Source: Eledone cirrhosa (lineage: Eukaryota). From it: a stretch of DNA of 64,000 nt. A model generated the notes under the pieces. That model did no database searches and was not told where the DNA came from. It saw only the letters and a program-made list of their open reading frames with translations. Position numbers and translations under genes: made by a program. Location: contig OZ024742.1 of assembly GCA_964016885.1 (NCBI GenBank), positions 96,348,001-96,412,000 on the forward strand, given 5' to 3'. This document shows, in pieces, positions 12,605 to 26,805 of the stretch. Position 1 is the stretch's first letter, and every line of letters begins with the position of its first letter.

Positions 12605-12795
12605 TGATAATTATTTCTACTTTTGGCACAAGGCCAACAATTATCCCAGTGCATTATTGGTACTTTATTTTATCGACTCCGTAAGGATGAAAGGCAAAGT
12701 TAACCTTGGCGGGATTTGAACTCAGATCATAAAGGGCCATAACTCTATGCTGCAAAGCATGGCGTCCGACCCTCTACCGATACTGCCAATTTACC
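12605..12795 (-). mobile_element. SINE family 1, full length
   Basis: All motifs present. Confidence 0.88.
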
Positions 12796-13179
12796 GGCTG
12801 CTGAAGTTGTGATACCACTTAACATAGGTTATTGATTAGTGAACTAATAGTACGAATTTGAAGTAAACAGAAATCTAAGACAGTCTGGAGAAGATATACA
12901 AAGTAGGGAAAACATCTGGTCTTTTGAGTTTTGCTGCTGATATAGTTGAATTATCTACTGGAGTAAGATACATGCTAGTCACTCATATAATAAACCAGGT
13001 AGTACTTACTGGTGTCACACCGACTGGATAGTGTATTAGCATCAGTCTTAACTTCTACAATGCTAAGATACAATATACAGAGGTAATTACATGCATAAAA
13101 TGGCTGAAATGCATTATGAAAGCTACAAAAAGAGTGATAACAAAACTTATTAGGGACAGAATCAAACTTGATATGATAC

Positions 13180-13475
13180 AATTTCTCTTTATGCCAGAGA
13201 GAAGCACTCCCAATGCTTCCTAGTGAGACAGCTTTAGAATAAATCGTGAGCTAAGCTTAAGACCCAGTTGCTGACCTGGAAAAGGCCTTTGACAGAATGT
13301 CATGCTCCATAACCTGGTGGACATTGAGGAAGTTAGGGATAGATAACTGGCTTGATAGGGTTGAACAAACCAGATATAGTGAGGAAGTCAGCAATGTGAG
13401 GGTTAACAATGAGTACAGAAATGAATTTAGTGTACAAGTAAGGGTCCACTAAGGCTCAGTCATCAGCTCCCTGCT
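13180..13475 (+). pseudogene. Degenerate RTE RT fragment
   Basis: DLEKAFDR..WWTLRKLGI and VQVRVH*GSVISSLL remnants. Confidence 0.65.
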
Positions 13476-14031
13476 GAACATATACTGCACGAATCTCTAC
13501 ACACCTGAGAATATGGACCTTACACACCCATAGGAGATACTGATCATAAAGCAATCAGACCATTTTGTTGCTGAAAACGCATACTGTCCAACATGTTGCA
13601 GTTTTGAACTACTGAATGAACAAATCTCTCTCTATATTATAATGACGCCAGAAATAGCAGCAAAAAAAAACTGCCTAAATCAACTCTACAATGAAATGGT
13701 CTGTATACTTTTTGATCAATATCACCTCTTGTTCCAACGAATACTCGCCTGGGGGAAAAACGAATTCTTCCAGTATTGGATATTCTAATGATTTCAAATT
13801 GTTGGTATTGTTTCTTTTGTTTTTGAAACCATGGTAGGGTGATGTTTATATGAGTGAAACTTGCTTTTATTTTAGTCTGTCTGACTTATACTTCCCCAAA
13901 TATAGTGTTTTGGCATATGTTTAATATGTACAATTTCTACTCTGAGTGATTATCTTATCTCTATATTTAATCCATTCATAGAAATGTCTAAGTATTTGAG
14001 ACAAATAACCATTTAATGTATATATATATAT

Positions 14032-14032
<1 letters not shown>

Positions 14033-14064
<32 letters not shown>

Positions 14065-14290
14065 GGTTAACGTCCATCTTCCACGCTTGCATGGGTTTGG
14101 AGGGGAATTTTCCCACTTGAAGCCAGATTGGTGTCTTGCTCGTATAGGACTGGCTGGCGGGTTTTCTACGGCTGGATGCCCTTCCTAACACCAACCACGT
14201 TTACAGTGTGGACTGGGAGGTTTTTACCGTGTTACCTATACGGCCACATTACAGCGTGGACTGTGTTTTTTTGTCGTGACACCTACGCGA
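14033..14290 (-). mobile_element. SINE family 2, 3' part
   Basis: (CAT)n followed by GGCTGGATGCCCTTCCTAACACCAAC on the plus strand. Confidence 0.75.
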
Positions 14291-14366
14291 CCTCATTTGT
14301 TTCGGACTGGATGTTGTGGTACCAACATAACTTTACATCGAAAGGGGTGGTGTGGATGGGGTGGGG

Positions 14367-14401
<35 letters not shown>

Positions 14402-14560
14402 TGTGGTGGTGGTGGTGGGGGGGGGGGGGGGGGCGTTAGAGGTGCCTACTGACTATATGTTTCGCTTTGTACTTAGGCAAGGCGGGTTTTCTGTATTACT
14501 GTGTAGCGCCAAAGATCTCGGTCCAGTGACATTGTCTTGGAGAGGTGTAAGTGTGTGTAA

Positions 14561-14610
<50 letters not shown>

Positions 14611-14859
14611 TTACACACACTTACATATATATATATTCATTATTTAAGCAAAACAAGACCACACATTTCACAAGGAAGACATTATTAAAAGATTGTCAAC
14701 ATATTTTAGTTTGATGTAAGGAATGTAGAGAATAATAATAATAATATTAATAATAATTGTTTCTACTTTTGGCACAAGACCAGCAATTATCCAGTGTATT
14801 ACTGGTACTAAATTACCCAGTGTATTATTGGTACTAAATAATATTAATAATAATAATGT

Positions 14860-16600
14860 CCGTTTATAATTATTTCGCGTCTCCATATAATATTTCTGGA
14901 TCAGATGACTATATATCATTATTGATCTGGTTCAGTTGAAAATAATTAATACATTTAAAAACAGAGCGGCTCATCGGATCTTCAAAGGAATATAAATTAA
15001 AATAAGGGGAGAATATTACATAATGTAATGTTCCATATATTGGTATTTCACTATGGTGTCCTGGTTGTATCAATTGTCAGCCATAATCAAGCAGTATTCA
15101 TCTGTCCAGGCTGCATTGTGTGAGATCTGCCTATGAGTAACAAGATGGCCACCAAAGGACATATTTACCTTACTAATTAGAGGGTGGTTTCAGGGGAAGT
15201 AACTCCTCGAGAGATTAGAAATTGTGGGTAGTTTATAGTTAAGTGCTAATTTTTAATTTTTTTAATTGAGAGACAATGTAGGGGAGGTAACTTATAATTA
15301 TCTAAGTTAGTTATAGCTATTTAACTTATTAGCTACAAGTAAAAATGGGGTTAGATGACTATGTTGGGTCAAATATTCTATTGGCGAAGGAATTAGCCCT
15401 TCGATGTTGACAGCTAATAGTTACCTCCGTTCTATCGTTAATCGGAAGAGGTCGGGATAGAGTTATGTAATATGCTTCGGTAATACAGAGATCACAAGAA
15501 TTTCTTCGTCCATTGAACAGTTGGGCCCTAGCTACGATATCCCATTTAAGTGAGTGTTCAATGTTGCTTAATTTAAGGTTTTTAATGATCCTAGCTAGAG
15601 ATGTCGAACATCTGTTGCTAGGGTCTCGGAAGGAAAAAGAGCTGGTATTCGAAGCAGTTTTAACCGTGCACCTATAGACTATGTTGGGTGTCAGGCAGTG
15701 TCCATTTAATGGGCATGCATTAGGGTAACGGCAGTAGCAGTTGCTTCTGCGGTTAGTGAGAGTAGGGTAGTTTAACCTAAGCGGTTGGTCAGTGCTAGAA
15801 GGATTAGATGGGGCAGGTGTGCTACTAGAGTAAATATTGGTGTAGTGGCGTAGTGTATTTGATAGGGGAGGTGGTACCGCGGTGTGGGAGTTATACTGTC
15901 TTAGTTTATGATGGTTACTGAATGCGATGTGGCTAGCTAGGTTAGGTGTTGTGGAGAATGAGATTTTAATGTTATTTTTATTAAAGAGTTTGTAATATCT
16001 ATGGTTGGGGGGGGGGGTTTAGATAGGATAGAGAAGAAGCGTTTAGGGATATTAGTGGCTAGATCAGATGAGAATGGGGGGTTAAACCAGGTGATATTTC
16101 TAGGTCTATTCCTTCTAGGGGTTCTAGTGGAGTTGGTAGGGGCCTTCCTAGGGTTTTTATTACCTCGGGATTTGTTATTTGTCATCCCATTTCTCATTCC
16201 TATTCTAGGGTTGATTTTTAGTTTGCTACTTGGAGTGGGGAGCAGGCCGCTGCCACCATTAAATTTCCCTGTATAAGTGCTGTTACTGCTAAAATTCCAG
16301 CGAATCTGGCTATATGCTAAAGTATTTCTAGTTCTAGTGTTAACTTTATTATGGTGAATTGCTGTGTTATGGCATTTAGGTATGTAGTAAATGGATTGTT
16401 CATAACCAGATTCAGAAAGAGCCTTATTATAATATTGTGCATGGTTTATAAATATCTCCTCATTTACTGATAGCATGGAGATCCTATACGAGATAGATTT
16501 GATTCCTGCTCTGATGACTGCCGGAGGTGGTTAGAGTGTGGGCTAATATATGTGAGTATTTCAGCTGGTTTATGGTAAGGGTAATATAGGTTATTGTTAG
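14860..16600 (-). mobile_element. Second Penelope-like (Naiad-type) remnant
   Basis: Motifs YYPYHKP..YISPHSNH, ITWFNPPFS, CYCRYPNACPLNGHC, KWDIVARA, CDLCITE and NDRTE..CQH. Multiple frameshifts; the left boundary is uncertain. Confidence 0.85.
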
Positions 16601-16905
16601 ACGTCACCCTGGATCTCAACAATTCCTTCATTAGTGTTTTTGCATAATATGCCACGAAACTACGTAGTCGAGGAGTAATGAAGCATTTTGGGTATGGTAT
16701 ATCTTATTTATTATATCTAATGTTTCTTCTTTCTCTATAATGTATTATATAGCTCTGATACTGAATCAATCTAATCCATTCGGATTATTTTGTCCCAGTT
16801 ATTCATAGAGCAAGAACGGTTGAGGTTGGCACCACAAATTCAGGGATATATGTGGATATATTCATGTATATGTATGTGTCCGCATGTATCTGTGTATTTC
16901 TTTAT

Positions 16906-16944
<39 letters not shown>

Positions 16945-16980
16945 TTATATTTCATATATACATACATATCTATATAAATG

Positions 16981-17082
<102 letters not shown>

Positions 17083-18264
17083 GCAATAATAATTGTTTTT
17101 ACTTTTGGCACAAGGCCTGCAATTATCCCAGTGCATACTGGTACTTTATTTTATCGACCCCATACACACATTAAGTACTCTCTTTGATGGTAAGTTTCCA
17201 TCCCACAATTTGTATGGACAATCTGGATGTGATGGTCATCTTTTTTCATTTTCCTATATATTTATTTCATTAATCATACCATCACCACCATCCTGATGCA
17301 TATTTCTCTCAAACTGTTTGTAATAAACCGCAAACACATATTTCTTCCCTGCACATACATCTACACATATATATCTGATGTGTACATGCACACATAATTA
17401 CACTAACATACACTTGATACACACACACGTACACCCTGACATGTTATATACACAAACACACAATCTAAATCACACATCAACATCCACATAAGACTACACT
17501 TTCTCAATGCTTTCTTCATAAACGTGTCTATCAGAAACAGAAATTAATTTTTCTCAAATTGATTACTCAAAGTATTATTACAAAGCGTTATATTTGAAAC
17601 TATACATCATAAGCCATATTACGATTCACCATTTGTGGCAATTTATCAACGATTCTCGCTTTTGTCCTTTTGTTCTCGTGTCCGTTTAGCCATTATTTCA
17701 GACATCTCGGTTCAAAAGTCAGCATTTTTATTAGCAATATTAGAAGCTGGTAAATTCAACCAGTCAAGTGTTGATATAAACTGCAGCAATATTCGTTAGA
17801 CATGGTATTATTTTTCACATTAGCCAAAAGGGGGCTGGCTATACCAGACCAGCCATGCACATACCTCATCTATACAAATTCTTCTCTTTTCCTTCATAAC
17901 AATTATTCGAACTTTACGTGTATCCTTTATTAAAGTTGCAGAGTAATTAATTTTATGTTTATGGCTTGACCTATCCTACACAAATTTTCAGACCATAGTG
18001 TCCGAAATTTCAAAGATTTTGAACTCTGAATCTGATTACATGGCAATCTTTTCTTCAATAAACAATACATAACTTCATAACAAGTGCCATACACTGCAGG
18101 AAAAATTCTCTGGTAAACCAATGAATGATTTCATGATATTTCAATTTTTAGTTTAAATCAGTTTAGTTTCATTTGTTTATGATTCTAACACCATTGCGAG
18201 TGTCATGGATATCACAAATTCTTATTTTACACCCCCCCCCCCCCCCACACACACATACATACAC

Positions 18265-18478
18265 ACTGGTAGAGTTATTAGAATGTTGGATGAAATGCTT
18301 GACAACATTTTTTAATGATCGTTTAGATTCTAATTTCAAATACTGCCTGTTAACATTGCCTTTCATCCTTACAGGGTCAATAAAACAAAGTACCAGTAAT
18401 CAACTGAGGTTTATTTAATCGACATTTGCCTCCCTAAAATTGTTGAGATGTGCCTAAATCAGAAATCATTATTATTAG
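18265..18478 (+). mobile_element. SINE family 1, degenerate
   Basis: GCCTTTCATCCTTACAGGGTCAATAAAACAAAGTACCAG core and AGAAATCATTATTATT tail. Confidence 0.7.
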
Positions 18479-18689
18479 CAGTACTATGTGAAACTTCCTT
18501 TGGATTCTGCTTTTTTCCCATATCTTGCTGAGTTTCAAATTGGTACTGGAGGCAAAATTTGGTAATATAAACATTTAACAATCAATTGGCATGCAAATGA
18601 TACTTTATGGGCGTAAAGAGAGCAGTCAATTTCTCTCAAACTAGTTTCTAGCTTATTAGCTGTCATCAGCACCGTATACCTTCCTGTCA

Positions 18690-18870
18690 GTTGATTGAAC
18701 GTTTGAAAGTATATAATAAGCTAGAAACTAGTTCATCGTTCCTTTGTCAGTGTTGAACAAATAGGGCAGCGATGGTTGCCGAACGCTGTACGGCTAATAA
18801 TTCGGGCTGTTTGTTTACAAACAAACCGAGCATTATAATAAATGTTTGGTAAACCCATACGTACATATAT
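18690..18870 (+). repeat. Fragment related to the Helitron internal region (inverted relative to 10205-10320)
   Basis: AGTGTTGAACAAA..CGGGCTGTTTGTTTACAAAC is the reverse complement of GTTTGTAAATAAACGGCCCG..TTTGTTCAACACT. Confidence 0.55.
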
Positions 18871-19756
18871 ATATATATGTGTGCATGTATGTATGTATAT
18901 ACATACTACTGTACGTCTGTATACATATATGTATGTACGTATATATACTTATATATATATATATATACAAAATTCTCTCCTAGAGAACTAGTGCACATAC
19001 ATTCATACTTAAACTTAAGTTGTCTAGGAGAGAATTTCTAAAATCTTTGATTGCTTTGATCAATTTATCAGAGAGAAAAACAAAAATATTTCTTTGCTTT
19101 ATTCTTTTCTATTTAAACCAGTGCCAAGAAACTTGTACTTGTTTTTGTTACATAGCAAGCCAAAGACTGTTTATAAAGTTCACTTCTATAATAGAAATAT
19201 ATTTGAAAATCTTCTTGTTTACATTTATTTCAACCCTTTTGGGGGTGTATATTAGATGTCTTTTGTTTCTTCATACTTAAGTATATATTTTATATATATT
19301 TCAGACACACACACACATATATATATATATACATATATACAAGTGGAAGCTTAGTAAAATCGAAGCTTTGGCTGTGGGCAAGCAAAGTCGACCTACAATA
19401 GGAATGAGTTAGCAAAACACTCAATTAGGGTAGGTCCTTAAAGTAATAACATACGTTTAAATAGATTGACAAATTGAACATTGCGGTAGGCAAAACCCAA
19501 CCACACAATACCAAAGTAACGAAAGAACTAACAGGTAAAAAGATACACCTGGACAAATCAAACGATATACGTTTAAAGTGTTGCTATATATATGTAAATA
19601 CTTATATGTATATACATATATGTATATATATGTAAATATATATATGTATATACTCATTGAAATGATCATAGTATAATAAACCTTTTAAGGTATGACACCA
19701 GTCCAGCCTCCTGTTATTTTATAATATATATATATATAAGTATAAACGTATATAAG

Positions 19757-19897
<141 letters not shown>

Positions 19898-19997
19898 GTA
19901 TATACTTATATATATGTATATAAAGTTATATATATATATATATGTATATACTTTTATATATATATGTATATACTTTTATCTATATATATATATATAT

Positions 19998-20040
<43 letters not shown>

Positions 20041-20544
20041 CCATTTGTATACTGACATATACACTTTTGATTAATTTACTCATTTTTTTAGATATGTTTT
20101 TGAATACCATTTAATAGATATATACATCAAAAACATACATATGTATATATATAAATATATACATATATTCTTAAATGTGTGTGTCTGAATACAGATTTCT
20201 ATACTTATTTAAAGGAAAACATTTTTTTTAATTAAAAAGAGAAAATGTAAAAAGATAGGGGTTGGGAGAGAAAAGTTATGTTGAATTAAATATGAAACCC
20301 ATGGTGTTCTCTCTAACCATATCTGCCATCCCTACCATGATCACCCCCCTGCCCACTACAACTCACAAAACAACAATGCCAATATTACCATCTAGTAACC
20401 TTTCTTTTACTGTAAATACAAATATCTTCAAAAACATCTACCAAGATTATCACCATCACCATCATTATTACAATTATCAACTCTACTACCATTAAACCAC
20501 AACATCACCATCAGCAGCACTATATCTGTTAGTTACTAACAGAT

Positions 20545-21443
20545 CGGAAGGAACGTGGTTGTATTTGAGATGTTTGGTCAAATTACTGCTTTTGAGAGAA
20601 AACCTCAACTGTGAGAATCACAACTTCAAAAAGGAAACTATTCTCATTTCACAAGTCTCCAAAATCACAAGAGAGATATAATATCTTTGTGAGCTCTATT
20701 AAGGATTTGAGAAGCGAGTTTTCCTCTCGTTTTGCTCTATTTAAGTTATTTGGTACTCCTTACGAAACAGATGTGGAGCAAGTGGCAGAAGAATATAAGT
20801 TAGAGTTAACTGACTTACAGTGCGACGAATCTTTGAAATCAAAATTTCAGTTTGAATCCACTGCTGACTTCTACAAGAAATATATATTGCCAAGCAGAAA
20901 ATATAAAAACATCTTGACTAATGCGAAACTGATGATAGCATTATTTGGAAGTACATATGCTTGTGAACAACTTTTTTCCAAAATGAAATATACTAAAAGT
21001 CATTTAAGAACAAGGTTGCGGGACGACCACCTGGATGATGTTTTGCTCCTGTCATCAACAAATATTTCACCTGATGTGGAGAAGTTATCGGACAAGAAGC
21101 AGAAACAAGTGTCTCATTAAATCATTTACCATTTCTAACTGTATTTCGTTTGTAGCAAGGAATTTGCTTTTTTTTGTTGATGATTGTGATAGTAGTTGTT
21201 TTTCTGTTATTCCTTCAGTAAAATAAGGAATATGCATTTTTTTTTGTTGAATGTGTTTGTAGTTTTTTTTTTTTTGTTATTCATGCAGTAAAATAAGGGG
21301 CCTTGTTAAAATAAAATTATATTAAATTCCTTGTTTTACTTTAAACCTCCAGAAAATTTATTTACATATTTAATAACATGGCCGTCGTTCATGACACTTC
21401 ATAGCTATTTGGCCCTCTCTCTCCAAAAGGTTGCCGACCCCTG
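20545..21443 (+). mobile_element. hAT (Buster/SPIN/GTF2IRD2-like) DNA transposon, right half
   Basis: Transposase C-terminus FGSTYACEQLFSKMK..KS..R.RL.D.HL. Right TIR GGTTGCCGACCCCTG at 21429-21443, followed by the 8-bp target TGTTAGTA. Confidence 0.9.
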
Positions 21444-21451
21444 TGTTAGTA

Positions 21452-23300
21452 CAACTAACACCAATACCATCACCATCATTGCAACAACCACCTCCACTAA
21501 TGCCTCATCACCCATTACCCAGCAAACCACCAGCACCACATCTACCACTACACTTAACACTACCATCATCATCAACTGCAGTCACTATTACAACTAAAAC
21601 CATCAACAACACCTCATCTACCACCACCATCATCACTCTCTATACCATGAACTTCATGACAACCAGCCTATCACCACTACCACTATAGCCAACACCATAT
21701 TTCTTGCAATCACCAATAGGATCGCTAGAATTACCTCCACTACTATTACTATGAGCACCTTTATCATGATCCTCTCACCTCTATTACACCACTACCAGCA
21801 TCACCAAGCCCCGAGAGAGCCTGAACATGGTTGTTCCTCCTGCTAGAAATTACATTCAAACCTCTTACAAATCACCAAGACATAGTCTTAATATGGCAGA
21901 ATAGTTACATGCACTATGCCTTTAAAAAGGTGCCTCTGGTCATAGCTGAATGCCATATGTCATAGATCCTTTTAAACAAACCCGACCTGCAGCTGATAAC
22001 CAAACATTATGGCATAGTATCATTGAGAGATTCACTCCAGCTTTTGTGTTGTCTGCTTTTCTTACCGCTTCTACTGCAACTACAATCGTTGCTACTTCTC
22101 AGAGCTGGTTGGCTTGTCTCATGCTACCTTCATTCAAGCAATTCAGACTCAACCTTCTGTCTCTCCTGTCATTACATATGTAGTATCAAGCAAGCCAGGC
22201 CCTGCATTAACCACAAGACAAAATCCTACTTGTTCAGAGCATTGGCCCTTACCCATTAACATTTAAACTGGACATATCTGGCCAGAATACTCTCTCTCCT
22301 CTTTCTGTTCAAACCAGCCATAACTGGCCACTCATACTGATGTTAAGGTATTGTTCTCAAAATAAATAATATCAAAATCTTGTAGCTCCAATTTTATGTG
22401 AGATAATTATGTAAAATAAAGCCTTACCATAAAAATTCAATAGTAAATATAGAGTAATGAAAATGCTAAAGGGTTATGAAATCCATCATTGTTTATCTAC
22501 CCAAACAGAGTTGACTGGTAACAGTTTCAAACAAACATCAATGGCATCAATTCCTCTAGGCTCTGAGACCTGTGAAGACCATGAACACTGCCATCAAGAC
22601 CTACCAAAATCAAGCCCTTAAAAACTGTCTATTTCAAACGCATCTAGCATTGCCAGAGTTTCCATCAGCACTACAACTCTACTATCTTAGCAACAGTCCT
22701 CCTTTGCATCAGCATCTTTATCACAGTTATCACTACTATTACAAACATGACCACTACAATGACCATAATCACTTCATCACCGTCCATTGTCACCATAACC
22801 ACCATCACTATCACTATTCAAACCACCACCATCATCACCATCATCAACCACCACCATCATTGCCACACACCACCACTATCATCTCTACCAGTAATTCTGC
22901 CACTATGAACACAACACTCATCATTAGCACCTCTATCACTAAGGCTGCCAACATTATCATCACAACTAGCAGTACTCCACATAATGACATTTGCCAGCCA
23001 GAACACAACCACCATCTCCACCAGTTCATCCATAATGACCCCCCCCCCATCCATGTGAACTGAAGAGATCTAAAGAAGTTAATTTATAGTTATTTATTGA
23101 AATGACTGTGTTGTTGTTATTGTTGTTTCATTGGTGTTGCTGTAACTACTGCTGCTGTTAATGATCTTATAGGTACAGTTATTGTTACTCTATTGCTGCT
23201 GTTCTTGCTGCTACTGCTGTTATTGGTGTTGCTGGTGTAGCTGTTGTTACTGTGTTAGTGGTGTTATTCAGGTGGTGTTATCATAGTAAGTGCGAGTGAC
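21452..23300. repeat. Degenerate (CAC/CAT/CAA)n low-complexity tracts
   Basis: ACC/ATC-rich stretches at 21452-21810 and 22690-23040, and a GTT/GCT-rich stretch at 23105-23285. Confidence 0.7.
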
Positions 23301-23529
23301 TGAAATATATGTATATATTTTTTCAGAGCGATTGGAACAGTCAGAGAGAGACACTGTATATATATATATATATATATATATATTTCGTTGACAAATATAT
23401 CAATATGCCCAGACATGTAGATATATTGCCCTTGGTATGACAGTGTGGTTTTAGCTCAATGTAGGATAATTAGTATACTACAGAGCCGTTATAGTTATAT
23501 AAAGAGTGCTTAGAAATACATTGTTTTAT

Positions 23530-23580
23530 TAGCTAACAGTGTTTCATCCATACACCATGGCAGGAATCTTCAGAGCCTAT
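23530..23580 (-). ncRNA. Minimal type I hammerhead candidate in an orphan pLTR
   Basis: Minus strand: ggct CTGAAGA ttcctgccatggtgtatggat GAAA C act GT T agct, then AATAAA. A (TA)n tract lies about 150 nt downstream. Confidence 0.62.
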
Positions 23581-24106
23581 AAACATGAGTATATCAGTAG
23601 TTGCATGTTCCATCGAGCTGCGTCACCAGAACAAGGTTAAATGACCAAAAGGGGGGTCCCGAGGCTAGCGCTATATGGAAAAAGACATAATACATGATGC
23701 ACATAATGTCATAAAATGTCTTAAAAATTAAAAAATTAAAAATTAAAAATTACACCAAAAATGTATCACTTAGATGGTGCAATAGATGATAAAGAGGTTG
23801 GGAGAGGGTAGCAAGGGGTGAGTGAGGGTATTACTCAACATGATCAGAAACAATCAGAAAATAGAAGAAAATAACAAAAAAATAATTAAAAAGTGCAAAA
23901 ATACAGAAGTAAGAAAAGAGATAAATACAAAAATACAAAACAATAAAGGAACAAAAAGACCGGAACCCCCCCCCCCAAAAAAAAAAATATATAAGACAAA
24001 GCAAAGCATAGATGCATCAAAGCACAAGCAGTGCAAAAAGAGGGTGTACAGGCAGATCAAGAGAGTTTACAAGCATGAGTCTATGAAAAGAATTGTTGGT
24101 TAGCAG

Positions 24107-24420
24107 TAATAAAGTACCAGTAATGGTCCTTGTGGTTAATAAAGAAAGCATTATTATTATCTTTAAACACACAAAACCCACATCGTACCGTCCTGTGACG
24201 TCTGTAATGTTTTTCTTGATATCAGCCCTTGTGGCCAATAAAGAAATCATTATTATTATCATTTGCAGCAGAGTTACGTCCCTTTACGGACTGAGTTCAA
24301 ATCCCGCCAAGGTTAACTTTGCCTTTCATCCTTACGGGGTCGATAAAATAAAGTACCAGTAATGTACTGGGTAATTGCTGGCCTGGTACAAAAAGTAGAA
24401 ACAATTATTATTATCATTGA
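24107..24420 (+). mobile_element. Stack of short 3' ends: SINE/LINE-tail chimera, Tx1-like 3' fragment, SINE family 1
   Basis: Three successive units, each ending CC(T)TG..AGAAA..ATTATTATT. Confidence 0.75.
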
Positions 24421-24469
<49 letters not shown>

Positions 24470-24898
24470 GAATGCTATGGTTGACGGAGGCTCGGCTCTG
24501 TAAGGTATTGTAAATTTTGACCGCTATAACAATTGTAAATTGTTTAAAACTTTAACCAACTTGTAGACAAAAACACCCTCCTCGTGAGAGGGGTCTTTCT
24601 GCCCATTATTAGGCCCTTCGGGGTTAAATAACCGCTCATTGGGGTTTTGTGCCCAATATTTATTTTAAACAAAAAAAAAAAACATGGCTACGAAAAATAA
24701 TTTTCATAGGTCACTCCCACTCATTCCGTCTTCTTCCTCAATCGTCACTACAGCAGAGAGAAGATTGTCTCTCTCCCTCCCTTCTCTAAATGTGTCTCTC
24801 TCCCTCCCTTCTCTTTCGCAAGCGACGCCAGAAAAGAAAAATCACGTGCAAAGCGTGCAACATTTCTCCACGACGACGACGACAACGACGAAAAAATT

Positions 24899-26770
24899 GT
24901 GCGGGAAATACGAAATTTATTTCATTCGTCTGACGTCACGAATAATAGCAGAAGCAGCCGTAATAACAGCAGCAGCAGCAACAAGGAAAACAACAGTAGC
25001 AGCCGCAACAGCAACAGCAGCAGCAAAAATAACAACAGCATTAGCAGCAACAGCAACAACAACAGCAACAGCAGCAACAACAACAACAACCACAGCAACA
25101 GCGGCGGCGGCAGTAGTCGTAGTACCTGCAGCAACAACAAAAGTAACAGCAGCTCTGACGACAACAACAACAACAACAACAGCAGCAAAGAAAAAACAAT
25201 CTCGTTTGCAGGTATCGCAAAGAACCTGGAAACCATCCTCATAACAAATGAGGAATTAGAGGAAGCGAAGAAGATGGTGACGAAAACCGGACACCGAGCA
25301 ATCTGCAAAGCAGCCGAAACATTTTTCGAAACCCAACAGCACTGTACGGTCACGTACCGTACATTAAGCACAACATCCTGTAGGGTTGAAAGAGCCACAG
25401 AGGCTCAAATACAAAAAGCCTTAGGGTCTGTGTGGCAGCGGAAAACGCACATCACCCGAGGCAAGAAATATGCCACCGTAGACGTGCTTCTTGCCACACC
25501 CCAGGAGGCAAAGACTCAATCCTTAGTGACCCTAAGGAGCGAGGAAAAGGTGTTGGTGCACTCCTACTGCGGGCAAAAAAAAATTGTGAGGGTCAAACTG
25601 ACCCACGTCCCCCCCCCCACCTTCTTGGCTGGCCGCGTCTGTCCTCGTCGGAATCGACGACAAAACAATTGTACTGCAAGTACAGAAAAAAGTAAGAGAA
25701 GATTGGGTCGGCACCTCCATTGAGATGTTAATCCAAACCAGCCAGGAGTGCATCGAAGCTATCCCGGATGTGATAGACTTCGATAACGGCACTCAACTGC
25801 CCATAAGTGTTGAGGGCAAACGACCGAAATGCTTTCGCTGTGGATCGAAGACTCACCTCAGGGGCTTCTGCAACGAGAAGACCCTGAGAAAGGAGAAAAC
25901 CCCCCTCCTTCCGAAACCGGCTCCACGGCTATCAGCAACAGGACAAGGGCAATCAGGAACGATAGGTCCGTGGCACCCATACCCACGCCACGGAAATCAA
26001 AAACAGCAGCAGCAGTGGAAGTATTAACAACAACAACAGCAATACCAAATGCAGCTGCAACAAAGACTCCAGTGCAAACATCACCAACAACAACAAGTGA
26101 AAGAGTGGAGCTGGTACCCCTCCCCGACCTCACAGAATCAGACATGGAGTGTGAGGTGGGAGAGGGATGGCAAAAGGTCGTAAGAAGGCACAAACGCAGA
26201 AGCAGGGTAAAGGCTACTGCAAAGAGACTCACAGAAGCAACACCACCAACACCATCACCACCAACACTAGCACCACCATCACCACTGGAGACAACCCCAC
26301 CGCCAACACCTTCAACACCTTCAACACCACTACCACAAGCACCAACATCGCAAACACAACAACAAAACACACACATCCAGCAACAACGACAAGAAAATAG
26401 CAGAACCACACCCCACCCGCAGAAAAACAAATGCACGGCAATAAATACACACAACAAGAAACTAATGACTTACATAATTGAAAACAGACATTTCACAGCA
26501 CGACTACTTAGTACCAGCACCAATCAAAACACCAACTAACACAAGACTGCTAAAAATAGCACAGAAACAATACACAAACATTAAAACGAAATTCCCCAAC
26601 GGAGTTGGTGATTCCAGAAACCTAGGAGGGACTCTCAACCGGAGAGTATATTCGCACATACTCATAGAAGAGCCGACGACCAGCCGAAGGGACGATTCAA
26701 CGGTCCCTTCACCAGACGATCAAGTGAAAAGGGATGGAAAAACAATCCTCCTCTACGAAAAGTACGGTAA
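24899..26770 (+). pseudogene. ORF1 (nucleic-acid-binding, CCHC knuckle) of copy A, frameshifted
   Basis: S/N-rich N-terminus, SFAGIAK, CFRCGSKTHLRGFC and a P/T-rich linker. Homologous to copy B ORF1. Confidence 0.8.
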
Positions 26771-26805
26771 GTGGTCTTTCCCATCTTTTCCACTCTATTT
26801 AAAAC

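Noticed and set aside
14858-14990. Hammerhead in the 3' region of the second PLE (CCGATGA..GAAA taatta TA)
   Set aside because: The core is mutated and there is no convincing stem I.
19343-19720. TA-flanked insert with a GACCTAC/GTAGGTC hairpin as another hammerhead element
   Set aside because: No recoverable CTGANGA/GAAA core; too decayed to call.
22572-23063. His-rich 163-aa ORF
   Set aside because: Derived from (CAC/CAT)n low-complexity DNA; no recognisable domain.
24922-25398. Poly-Leu and poly-Ala/Thr ORFs
   Set aside because: Alternative frames of the (CAA/CAG)n tract in LINE ORF1.
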